From Cycas panzhihuaensis (taxonomy: Eukaryota; Plantae; Cycadophyta), in contig CM041465.1 of NCBI GenBank assembly GCA_023213395.1, positions 245,713,741 to 245,777,740 on the forward strand: 64,000 nucleotides of DNA. The letters are read 5' to 3'. The notes below the pieces were generated by a model, which made no database searches, was not told the DNA's origin, and saw only the letters and a program-made list of their open reading frames with translations. The translations under genes and the position numbers were made by a program. Below are positions 47,701 to 60,692 of this stretch, one piece after another (within the stretch, counting starts at the first letter, position 1; each line of letters starts with the position of its first letter).

Positions 47701-50700
47701 CCCTCCCCTCCTCTTGACCTTAAACCCAAAGCACTCCTATTTGTTATGTCTTCTTCTACTTGCATTGACCCGTTACAAGTAAGAGGGACCTTAAGGAAAA
47801 TGCCCATTACAATTTTGATCAATAGTGTTGCATTATTAAACTTTATTGATATTGTAATAGCTAAACAATGAAACCTCTACATCAAGTCAAAAATAAGGTT
47901 TAATTGTTCTCTCCTAGGCCATTACTCCCTCCACTATGTGGGTGTTATTCGAAATCTCCAAGTCCAAATTGGTATATATCATCTCAAGTTAGACTTTTAT
48001 GCTTTATCCATTAGGGGATTAAATGCCATGTTAGGTGTCTAATGGCTCCAAACATTAGGCACTTATAGTACCAATAACTCCCTAGAGAGCCCATTTATAA
48101 TGTTTAAAGACCACAATGGCCAAACTCATAAACTTTATGGCCTCCAATCACCACTTAACAAATTTATTTGCCCTAAGCAAATGAGTAAGTGGCTCAATGA
48201 GAGTATCAAATATATTGTTCGTCTTAACAGCAATCAATCATAGTTTGAAGTTAACCCATATATGCAATCCATTCTCACTAAATACCAATCTGTCTTTTTC
48301 CCCATATTTGGTGGCCCTGCCCCAAATCACGGATTTCATTACACCATCAACCTAAAAAATCCTTATAACCTTATCAATCTATGTCCATATTGAAACTTCT
48401 ACTTCCAAAAGAATGAGATCAAATGTATCATTAATGAATTTATAGATATAGGAATAATACAACCTAGTAAAAGCCCTTATGCAACTTTCATTGTGCTAAT
48501 TTGGAACAAAGCTGGTTCTTATCGATTTTTTTTTATTATAGGGAACTCAACAAACTGACCATTAAGAATAAGTTTCCCATCTGCTGGATTGATGATATGT
48601 TAGATGAACTCCATGAGGCTACAATATTTTGCAAATTAGACTTGCAATCTAGATATTACCAAATACCAATAGGCCTTGAATATAGGCACAAAACAACTTT
48701 TCAAATCCATCATGGCCACTTGGAATTTCAAGTCATTCCATTTGGGCTATGTAATGCTCTGGCCACTTTCCAAGCCCTCATGAATAAAATTTTTGCTCCT
48801 TACCTTTGAAAGTTCATTATTGTTTTCTTTGATGATATATTAATTCATACTGCGAGCATGCCCCTACATCTCCAACATTTAGAAACTACCATTTAGGTAC
48901 TAGCTCAAAACTAGTGATATGTAAAGATGTCAAAATGTGAATTTAGAAAAATTGAATTACAATACTTAGGTCATATCATTTTCAAAGTTGGAGTACAAGT
49001 TGACTCTAATAAAGTGTCGATCATCACCCAGTGGCCCACCCTAAAGAATTTCACAAATTACGAGCCTTCCTCGAACTAATTAGCTTTTATCGTTGCTTCA
49101 TTAAAAACTATGCATCCATAATCGCTTCCTTAACGAATTTACTCTATAAAAACTCCTTTCAATGGTCACAAAGTGCTGAGAATATCTTCAACTTGCTAAA
49201 AATGTTCATGTCAACGACACTAGTCCTCTCCACTTGTGACTTTTCCTAGTCATTCTAATTAGAATGTAATGCATCATGTGTGGGGCTAGTGGTTGTCCTC
49301 ATGTCAAAATTTCACCCCATCGTATTTGAAAATTAGAAGCTCAAAGAGCATAAGTGTTGACTACCCACCTATCAAAAAGAAATAAAGGCCATTCTACATG
49401 CAATAGACAAGTGGTGCCAATATCTGTTTGGTTCCAAGTTTACCATTTTGACAAGCCATCATAGTCTTCGCCACTTATTAGACCAAGCAGTTTGACCTAA
49501 AGAACAAGCCAAATGAATTGATAGATTACAAGTCTTTGATTTTACCATCTCATATAAAATGGATAAGGACAATGTTGTCATGGATGTTGTCCTCCCAACC
49601 TTTAGTTGAACCTACCATTTAGGCCATCTCGACGCTCTAACCTTTGTGGCTCCAAGACTTGGTCGAGGCCAACAAAGCCTAACCTAACTTTGCCACCTAG
49701 GCTAATAAGGTCCAAAATCATAAAGATTGGAGTTTACATAATAACCACTTTCTCTATCAAAATTACATTTTCGTATACCCTGGTTCCCTATTTATTACCC
49801 ACATCTTGTCTATGTATCAAAACAACCCCCTTGGACGCCACTTGGGATTTAACAAAACCTATAATTGAATTTGGTTAGATCTATACTATCCTTGTATGAA
49901 GTCTGTCATCGTCACATATATATCTGAATATGATACATACTAACATAATAAGGTGGACACCAAGACCCAACTTGACCTACTTCAACCCTTGTAAATCCCT
50001 TAGGGTAAATGGCAAGACATTACTATGGACTTCATCATAGAACCCCCATTATTAGTCCTGTAAGATTTTATTTGGGTCATCATAGATCGCCTGACTAAAT
50101 ATGCCCATTTTTTACTTGTCTACACTATCTACAAAGCCCCCCATTTAGCTAAACTCTACATCAAATTCGTCTTTCATCTCCATAGCTTTCCATCAATTAT
50201 TATATTCGATGGAGATTTCTAAATTCACTAGCACATTCTCTTTTGTGCATAAGGAATGTCCTTCAACATGAGTTCCTCCTACCACCCCCAAACAAATGGG
50301 CAATCCAAAATTCATATTAAAACCTTATAAATGTGCCTTTGTTGTTTCGCCTTAGAACACCAAATACATTGGACCTCTTGGCTAGTCTTAGACAAATATT
50401 GGCACAATTCTTCCCATTAGTCTATAATTGGTATGACCTCTTTCATGGCCCTCTATGGTTACCCCCACCATCTCAGCATAGCTTAACCACCAATTTCCAT
50501 ACTGCTAGGGTGCAATAAACACTAAAGGACATGGATCAAATCTTCCACACCCTTAAGAAAAACCTAGCCTCTACACAACATCAAATGAAGCAACTAATGG
50601 ATTGCCACCACTTTGATCAATCATTTGAAATGGGTGACCTAGTTTTCCTTTGCCTCCAACCTTACAATCAGCATTCCATTTGTCATAACAAATCCCACAA

Positions 50701-51457
50701 ACTAAGCCCTCAATATCATGGCCTATATAAAATCACTCAATAAATTGGTGTAGCCATTTATGCTTTTAACCTTTCTCACAATACTAAGATCCATAACGTC
50801 TTTCATGTATTCTACTTAAAAGAACACCTAGGAAAGTCTGTCATCCCCAAAACAACCCTTTCTACCCTCTAAGAAGAAGAGATCTTCACAATTTCTCCCA
50901 CATGTATTTTAAACACTCGCCAACGTTGTCTCCATAATAGAACCATTTTCAAGCATCTAGTGTAGTGCGCTGGCTGTGAACCTGAGGAAGCCATATGGAA
51001 ATCATAAGACTCTATTAAGCATCATTTACACCTTTAGCATTTCGGGGACTTAGTGTTTCATAAGGGAGACCTATTACATAACCTCCTAAGGTGAACAACA
51101 TATAAGCAACTAATTGTGTAGTTAAGGTATTATAAGTTAATGCCATTTATTAATTGGCGTGTACAGATTATATACCTTTACTAATGGGATTGAAGGTTGT
51201 ATGGTCATCCAATAGGATGTTAGAGAATAATGACCACTTATATCTATTTAAGGCCATACATTTATAAAAGAATCCCTTATATCATAATCTATTCTTATAA
51301 GATCGTATTTATGTACAACTTCTCTTTTGGTGTCCTTTAAGCTATCTTATGTCCTTTCATATTCTAAATATAATCTAAGCTATTACAGTAATAAAAGATC
51401 TATTTGTGATCTCTTATCGTCTATTTAGAGTAAGGATTGCTAGTTGGGATTATAACA
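44757..51457 (+). mobile_element. Full-length degenerate chromovirus (Ty3/gypsy with chromodomain), TSD TTATG/TTGTG
   Basis: LTRs 44757-45138 and 51072-51457; PBS TGATATCAGAGC 45141-45152; gag ~46640-47620; [35 protein letters not shown]; RNaseH; integrase; chromodomain-like ILNTR..HLV..GCEPEEAIW at ~50900-51030. Confidence 0.93.
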
Positions 51458-54400
51458 TTGTGCTTATTTTGTCAAAGAAAAAAAGCAAAGGTCCATAAGT
51501 TCATGGGAGTAGGTGGTTATATCTTTTGTGGAAAATTTTCAAGTTAGAAATACATGCAAGAACGTTAATTAAGCTTTGCTATAAGCTGAGGCATTACTGT
51601 GTTGGAGTCAAGGACAAAGTGGATAGACTACAAAGCCATTTCGAATGAGTTAACCATAGTTCTGATATGAAGGTGGTGTTGAAAAACACCAGGGAGGCAT
51701 TCCCCATTATTATATAGTTTTGGGGAGGCGATAAGCACCTTTACCTGATATTAAATAAAAAATTTAAATAAATAATAAAATATTAAATGCATTATTAAAA
51801 TAACGTACTTTAGGTGGTATTGGACGCTTATGTTATCTCAAGATGGCTGCATGGCAGCTTTAGGTGGCCTGAGGTGCCTTTTAGTGGCCCAAGATGTCTT
51901 TTAGGGGCCCAAGGTGGGTGCGCATGTTTAAATATTAGACGTTATCTCAACATTCTCCCCTATAATGGTTAATGTGTAGAACTCCCTGCTTGTCTTTGAA
52001 CTTATGGAATTTGATCTTTCCCAAAGATTTTGTGAAGATGTCAGCTATTTGATCTTCTGTACTGTAATATGTCAATTCTATTTCACCTGTTTGTACTAGC
52101 TCTTGAAAGAAATAGTGTTGTGTCTCAATATGCTTTGTTCTTCCATGAAACACTAGATTCTTTGTTATTTGCATTATACTTTGATTATCACACCAGATTC
52201 TTGTTGGCCCTTTCTGTTCTGACTAAAAATCCTATGATAATCTCCTTAACCAAACTGTTTCACATGCCCCTAAAACTGTTGCTTTGTACTCGACTTTTAG
52301 TGTAGATAAATATACTGTATTATGCTTTTTGGTGATCCAAGTTATAACTGTCGAACCCATACTAAAAATATAACTAGAAGTCAATTTCCTGTCATCAATA
52401 TCACACCTTGATCGAATACTGTGTTTAACCAATATGAAATTTAGAGAATATTTGTAGAACAATCTATATTTTGATGTGCCTTTTAGATATTACAAAATTC
52501 TCTTAACTGCTTGTCAATGAGATGTCTTGGGTTCTTGTATAAATCTTGATACTGTACTAACTGTATGCACAATGTCTAGTTGAGTGGAAGTTAGGTAGAT
52601 AAGGCTTCCAATCAATTGTTTGTAGAGAGTAGGGCCTATTGGTATGGAGTCATCGAGTTTAGATAATTTAAGTCCAGATTTAGAAGTAGTATCTAAAGGT
52701 TTGCAATCCACCATTCTGAACTTCTAAAGTAAGTCTAAGGTATATTTTCTTTGGGAGATAAATATGTCATTTTCTCCTTGCCATACTTCTAGACCTAAGA
52801 AGTAATACATTATTTCAAGGTCTGTCATTTCGAATTCTTTGTACATATTTTTCTTAAAAGTTTATAGAAGATGTGTATTATTACCAGTGTAGACAAGATC
52901 ATCTACATAAAGTCCCACGATTAAAATAGATTCTCCTTTGATTTTGATATATAGGTTTGGATCCAATTGAGATCTTTTAAACCCTTAATTTCTAAAATAT
53001 TTATCAAGATGGGAATACCATGCCCCGAGGGCTTATTTCAAGCCATAAAGTATTTTCTTAAGCTTTTATATATATTTTTCTTTACCCCTGACTTTAAAAC
53101 TGAGGGGTTGAGAGATATAAATGTCTTCTTTAATATGGTCATTAAGAAAGGTGCTTTTGACATCTATTTGATAAATGTCCCAACCCATTTATGCAACAAT
53201 ACTCAACATTAAATGAACAATTTTCATATGAGCAATGAGAGCAAAGGTCTCACTGTAATCAGTTCCTTCTCATTGGGCATAACCTTTAACGACAAGTCTT
53301 GCCTTGTGTTTGTTAATAGAACCATCTAATCTAAATTTAGTTTTATATACCCATTTTGTACTGATGACTTTTTTGTTGGGTGGAAGATCAACTAATTCTC
53401 AAGTATCATTTTTGATGATGGAATTGTATTCTTCTTCCATTGCCTTTTTCTAATTATCATGTGTATTAACTTCTTCAAATGTTTGAGGCTTATGGGATTC
53501 CATAACTTTACTCATGAGGGCAGAGTTTACCATATGTGTATGAGTAGATCTCTGATTGTAATTGTTATCCAAGATGTTCCTATGTCGTTATTCCTTTGAA
53601 TCCATTTTGGAAGGCATTGTGATAGTGGTTAAGAAGAGGTTCCCTCTCCACTTGGTTCATCAATGACTCGTCTAGAGTCAAACATGGGTGGCACATATCT
53701 TAACTTAGTGGAGGTGTTAAGATTTATCATCACTTCTTTCTTTCTTTCTTGGTCATTATAATAACAAGCGTCTTATTAGAATTTTACGTCTCTGCTTACC
53801 ATAACCTTTCTTGTCTTAGGATCATAGACCTTATATGATTTGGAGGTTTCACTATAACCAATAAATATGCATTTAATGCTATGGTCATGCAGCTTGGATC
53901 TTCTATGATCAGGTACATGTGCATAGCCTAAACAACCAAAAACTCTTAAGTGATGGATATTTGGCTTGTAACCTGTCCAAGCTTCTTCAGGTGTCTTCCA
54001 CCATAGGGTATTAGTAGAGCATCTATTGAGTAGATATACAGAGGTATAGACTACTTCCGCCCAAATTCATATCCCAAATTTGTATCTTTCAACATGCACC
54101 TTGCCAGTTCTACAATAGTGCGATTTTTCCTCTCAGCTACACCATTTTGTTGTGGGGTGTAGGGATTTGTAAGTTGCCTTCTTATCCTATGATGCATGCA
54201 ATATGCCTTAAATTCATTGGAAATGAATTCTCTCCTATTATTTGATCTTAGTAAGAGAAGTTTATATTCACTTTGCCGTTCCACATAGGTTTTGAAGTTA
54301 ACAAAGTGTTGGAAGGCATTCGATTTAAACTTTAGGAAGAATACCTAAGTCTTTCTTGTATAGTCATTAATAAATGTAATTAAGTAATATGCACCTTCCA

Positions 54401-56292
54401 ATGAGGGTACATACATAGGACCACAAATATTTGTATAAACTCATTGAAGTGGTCCAGATACTCGATAACTGTAATCTGGAAAACTCTCTGTGCTGTTTGC
54501 CAAGTAAGCATCATTCGTAAATATTTTTATTCACTTTTATGTTAGGCAACCCATTAACCATGTCCATCTTTTTCATTAAAGCCAAATTACTATAGTTTAG
54601 ATGTCTAAATCTCTTGTTCCATAAGTCACTATCCAGTTTAACCATGGTTCTTAAGGCATAAGTATCTAATGGGCTAAGGACAAGTTTGAAGAGTCTATCA
54701 ATTATCATTTTCTCTTTGGCTACAACCATCTTGTTTCTTCTCTTATATTTAATTGTACATTCTCCATTATCAAATATGATCTTATAGTCTTGGACCATCA
54801 TCTGTCCTACTGATAGTAGATTTTTCTTCAAAGTAGGGACATATAATACATCATCAATATATCTATATTCCTCTGTATCTATTATGAGAGTGGTATTTCC
54901 TCTACCAACTAACTTATGGAAGGTGTCATCACCAAATATTATTGATCCCCTTTTGGTTCTATCCAAAGTATGGAATTAATGCTCCTTATATGTCATATGA
55001 GTAGAGCAACCTGAATCAATATACCAGCTGTCATCTTCCTCTTTATGGGTAATATATCTAGATAAAGAAAGTCTATTATTATCCATTATTTCAATTGTTG
55101 TATTGGCACTACCTTTTATAGGTGGTCCATATTTTGAAAAATACTTATGTTCTGTATGACCATTACGTTTGTAATAAGTATAATATAATGTGTCTCTTCT
55201 CCTATAACTTAAACTTCGATTATGAGGATGAGGTCTATCTAAGTTAGATGGTCCCCCCTTTTCCTCATAATGTGGAACTTGATTGTCCATTGGTCTATTG
55301 TCATAATAATTGAGATTTGATCTTTGAGCTTGTATGCTTCCATGGCAATTTGGGTAACATGGATGTGCCTATGGTTATTTCTCTTGATTTTGACATCTAA
55401 GAGGATTGGTATTCCTTTGGTTTATTCCTTGTCTCCTTCGGTGAGGAGCTTGATACTTAGATGGTACATCTTAATGCATGTCCCTTCTAGGATTTCTTTC
55501 TCTTCTTCTGGGAGATGGTTCTCTAGACTTGGACGTACTAGCTCGAGAATTGGACTAGATTCTTGCCTTGGTAGCAAAGGCATGTTTAAGAGATTCATTT
55601 GTGTTTTGTTTCTCTTCAACTATCATAAACAAAGTACTTAATTGTTCCACCTTAAGGGTACTTAAGTCATTGTATACCCCTATACTTGTTTCTACCATTT
55701 CAAATCTTCTTACGAGACTTACACATCTCAAGATTCATTCTACTACTCTCTGTTCAGTTAGTATATCTTCAAGCGATCTCATTTGATTTACTAAGTCTTG
55801 CACTCTAGTCATAAATTCTATCACAGATTCAGTTGGTATCATGTGTAAGCTCTCAAATTTGTTTCTTAAAGTTTGAAGTTTGGAAGATGCAACTCCTTCA
55901 TTATAAATTAATTGCAAGGTATCCCAAGCCTCTTTTGATTTTGTGGACTCACTAACTCTTAGAAAAATATAGCCTTCCAATGTACAGAAAATGAGAGAAA
56001 GAGCTTCTTTATCTTTCTTAACTTTTTCAACATCTGCGGCCTTTTAACCTAGTTCATTATAACATGTCCTTACAATTTCCCACATGTTGTTAGCTATGAG
56101 GATGGGTCTCATCATCCCAGTTTAATTTAGAAAGTTTGATGCATCGAACTTAGGAATAATCATGTTTCTAAAACTTGTTGCCATTTCTTATCTAGATTTT
56201 ATAAAAAAAAATCTATAAATAGAATGATATTTCCCAAAAGTTTGGTTTTAATATTAACCCAAAAATAAGGTTTAAAGTTTTTCTCAAAGTTT

Positions 56293-56730
56293 ACAAGTGT
56301 CATAATCCCTAATGAGGTTTTTAGGCTTTGAGTCCAAGTTTCTCCAAGGGAAACCTTCGGTTGCTATCATATCTAATGGCGCCTGCTCATAAGTGGTAAA
56401 ATAGGGACCCAATATATCGGTACGTGAGGTTTAGAATCAATATACCTCAGTAAGTGGGCTACTAAGAAGGTTGTTATACCCCCTTAAATTGTTGGTCCAC
56501 CTGTGCCGAATTTATACCTAATGATAGATCTAGCGGTGAAGATTTTACAAACTGTGGCACTCACCCTCTCTAGGTCTAGCGTTGGTCTTTGAACTCTATA
56601 AGAAAAGGTTCTTCACTTCATCTTGCTACCTAATACATATAATATCCAATGATATACCCCATCTAATATGAGTAGGCTAAGAGCATGTGCATGGTGGTAA
56701 CTTCAAGTGTCCTAATCGTTCCCCTCACAA
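56293..56730 (-). promoter_or_regulatory. Candidate structured RNA element upstream of gag (copy 1)
   Basis: Colinear with 62571-62992; shares hairpins; ends ~110 nt before the gag ATG. Confidence 0.55.
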
Positions 56731-57585
56731 TGTTTAGAAAAAAATGTGGTAAATTTAGGATATTATCTTTATTAATGTGAATAATTTAAATTAGATGTGG
56801 TCTTTCTTAAGCATACAAAGATTCCTTTTAAATAAGAAATGAAATGAAAGAAACTTTAAGTAAGACTAAATAATTTAAATGAAAGAAATAAGTAATACTT
56901 TATATCAATTCACTATAAAAATAAATTAAATGATCAATATATTCATTTTTTAATAAACCAGAAAATGGATGCCAATATGCAAGCTAATACTTTTCAAATT
57001 AAAATGCTCTTTGTAAATAAAGTATACAAGAAATTATATGCCCCTTCTCTAAGTGATGCAATGAATCAATAGAACCTTCAACATTTGAATGCTCTTAAAT
57101 CTTAGAATGTTAAGTGAACGTAGAAGCATAAAATAAGCAAAAGAACTTGTAATTATGCCTTTGCAATGCACTTGTCAAGTTTAAAAAAATATACTTTGAG
57201 ATAAGTAAGAAAGCTTCTTTCACTAATGAACTTTAAGATGTATAACAAATATTATAAATATTCTTTGTACTAACGTAAATCTAATGACAAGAAACTCCTT
57301 TCTAAATTTAGAAGTAAAATAGGTATACCTCAAAATTTTCAAGAAGATATAATACTTAAAATGATCAAATATGATAAAAAATTATTCTAAATTCAGATGA
57401 AAGTGTAAAATAAAGTAAATGATCAAGGTAAGAAGTATTGATTTGATGTATTGATCCAAGTAGGCCTCTTGATCCTCAAGAAGCTAAAACTGATGCTAAA
57501 AAGTTATAAATCAACTTGTAATCTTATAAAAACCAATAAATATCATTAAAAAACTAATTAGTGGCAAACAGTTATCAAATATATT

Positions 57586-58326
57586 TAATTAAGATAAAAA
57601 ATTAGCTAAAAAATATTACAAATGTGTCTAATTAGGGTTAAAATAGAGCCTTGACTTGTGGAGTTTTAAACATATGCAAAATAGTGTCAAAATAAGATGA
57701 AACTAGTTCTAATGGGTAGAGCTCTTAAAAACCTTTCCAATGGTTCTGACGATTGAAAAATAGAGGTATAATAGTCAAGTTACTGAAGAAACAACAAACA
57801 AACCCGCTTATGATAAGTGAAATAAGTGTAGAAAATAAAGTCAATTTTGAACAACTCAAACACTATATAAACAGACTCAAAATGAATTAAATATGATACC
57901 AGGATGGAGAGTTCTAAAATACGAATCCAACGAGTCTAATTTTATGAAAAATTGACACTCTAGTATGAAGTTATAATAGAAAAGGCGAATAATCTTCTTT
58001 GTGGAAAAAATCAAAATGAAAAAAATATGATAAGGGCCTTTAGCCCCTTATTGAATAAGGTAAGGATCACGTGGGACCTAATAAGATCAACAGCTAAGAG
58101 CCCAATGGGGCTGACAGATCTCAAAATTTATCAAATACTCAATATAAATTATGAATAATAAAAAAGTTTCAAAAAATATTTATTTTTATTTTAAGTTCAC
58201 CCCAAAAGGTGAAGGACATGGTCATATGGCGTGATAATGTGACCGGGAGTCACATATCGAAGGGGGTTAAATGAAATCTAAATGCACGGACTTAAAACAT
58301 TATTAAATTCGATTTAATTTCAATTG

Positions 58327-58363
<37 letters not shown>

Positions 58364-59108
58364 TATAATTAAGATAAAAAATTAGCTTAAAAATATTACA
58401 AATGTGTCTAATTAGGGTTAAAATGGAGCCTTGACTTGTGAAGTTTTGAACACCTGCAAAACAATGTCAAAATAAGATGAAACTAGTTCTAATGGTAGAG
58501 TTCTGAAAAACCTTTCTAATGGTTCTTACGATTTGAAAAACAGAGTTATAATAGTCAAGTTCTTGAAGAAACAACAAACAGACTTGTTTATGGTAAGTGA
58601 AATATGTGTAAAAAATAAGGTCAAATTTGACCAACTCAAACACTACATAAACAAACTCAAAATGAGTTAAAGATGACACTAGGCTGAAGAGATTTAAAAT
58701 ACGAGTCCAACAAGTCCAATTTTATAAAAAACTGATACTCTAGTGTGAAGCTATAATAGTAAAGATAAATAATCATCTCTGTAAAAAAAATTCAAAATGA
58801 AAAAATATGATTAGGGCCTTTAGCCCCTTACTGAATAAGGTCAAGATCACGTGAGACTTGATAAGATCAATAGCTAAGAGTCCAAGGGGACTAACGGATC
58901 TCAAAATTTATCAAATATTTAATATAAATTATGAATAATATTTAAAAAAAAAATAGATTTATTTTTATTTTAAGTTCGCCCCCAAAGGTAAAGGACATGG
59001 TCATATGGCATGATAACGTGACGAAAGGCCACAGATTGAAGGGGGTTAAATGAAATCCAAATGTGCAGACTTAAAATTTTATTAAATTCAATTTAATTTC
59101 AATCGAAC
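57586..59108. repeat. ~780-bp tandem duplication in the copia leader, with (TA)n at the junction
   Basis: TAATTAAGATAAAAAATTAGCT.. at 57586 and 58366; colinear to ..ATTAAATTC; (TA)n at 58330-58359. Confidence 0.9.
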
Positions 59109-60692
59109 TTTAAAGAAAAAAAAATGTAAAAGTCGAATGGCAACTGGCGACGGAGAGCGATGAAAAATTTGACGTGAAATAGATCGTGAATCGAACAAAG
59201 AGTCAATTGATTCTTTCATATACCAGCGACACCTCAACGAGAAATTTACAGGCGATGCAGATTCACGAGCATTGTTGTAGTAGAGTGGGGTGGAGGATAA
59301 CGACAAACAATTGAGAAAATACAAAAAATTGATGATATATTCAACTCTAACCAGAGGAGAACTGCATTAACAAGCTGACCTTGAAGTGCAAATTCACAGC
59401 GGCAACTAGAAATTTTGTTTGCTAAGAAAGATACAAATTCCCGCTTAACAGGAAGCATTTGCAGAGCTTTGCCAAACTGACGTTAAGAGCAGAGAAGACG
59501 AAGTAGAATGCCTCTTTAGAAATAGATCTTATATGAATTCTTTTAAACTGAAGCAGTAGAACATTTGGTCTAAAGGGCTTTGCATTCCCTGTAGAACCCA
59601 TGTAGACCAGCTCTTCGGGATCCCAACTAACAATGAGCTAAGATATCTATGCGACGAGGCTGTTATTCCTTTTTATATGGGCAGGGGGCAAAGGCACTGA
59701 GTCTCAGAATAGAGACACAATATATAGACAAGTTGGAGTCGCACAAAAGACACAGAGGGTCGTATGGTTCATAGAGGGACACAGGTTCAAATAGAATAAT
59801 AGTATTTATTTATTTTTCAAAAAATGTATTAAAAAATAAAGAGAAAAAAATAAAAAAAGATTATTGACCTTTTACAGATCCGAGAGAGTACTTGGCAGTC
59901 TGAAGAGGATACCTCCACTCATAGTGCACGAAATGTTGAACAGATTCTTCCATTGCGAAGATAACTCAATTGTGATCAAAACAAGTAGTAGCTTGAAGGG
60001 GTTTGACCACTGGTTTGGAAGGTAGATTACACTAAAGTTTAAACTACTTGTTGATCCAAATAATTGAGCTGAGAACCATTGAAAAAATGACAAACAATCC
60101 TTAAAAGGTTAGTCTATTTCCTTCCAAATCACAATAGCCTACACACAACTAAGTTTGTTGCAAAATATTGGGAGTTAAATGTTCAAATGGATCACAAAGA
60201 GTGTATGTACATCAAATGGAGGCCATTCACGTGAATATGTATTAAAATTCTAATGATAAATTTTATAGTAAACTTTAATATAACGAAAAATAATGAAAAG
60301 AATGCAATACTTAAGTATCATGGGTTGAATTGTGTGCTCTGATATCAAGGACAAAGTGGATAGAATATAAAGCCATTTTGAATGAGTTAACTATAGTTCT
60401 GATACAAAGGCAGTATTAAAAAATACCAATAAGGCATTCCCTATTATTATATAGTTTTGGGCAAGCGACAAGCTCCTCTACCCAACATTAAATTTAAAAT
60501 TTAAGCAAACAATAAAACATTAAATGCATTATTAAAGTAATATATCTTAAGTGGTGTTGGTGGCTATATGTTAGCTCAAGGTGGTTGCATGGTGGCTTTA
60601 GGTGGCTCGAGGTGCCTTTTAGGGGCCTAAGGTGGGTGCACATATTTAAATGTTGGACATTATTCTAACATACTGTTCTTAGAGGTTGATTT

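Larger units (their letters stand above)
51600..60670 (-). mobile_element. Full-length degenerate Ty1/copia element with ~4.1-kb 5' leader, TSD TACTG
   Basis: LTRs 51600-51952 and ~60346-60670; TACTG at 51595-51599 and 60671-60675; PBS is the reverse complement of 60336-60347; gag-pol from ATG 56184 to ~51947: WYIDSGCSTHM, TPQQNGVAERKNR, RT, DQIADIFTK. Confidence 0.95.
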
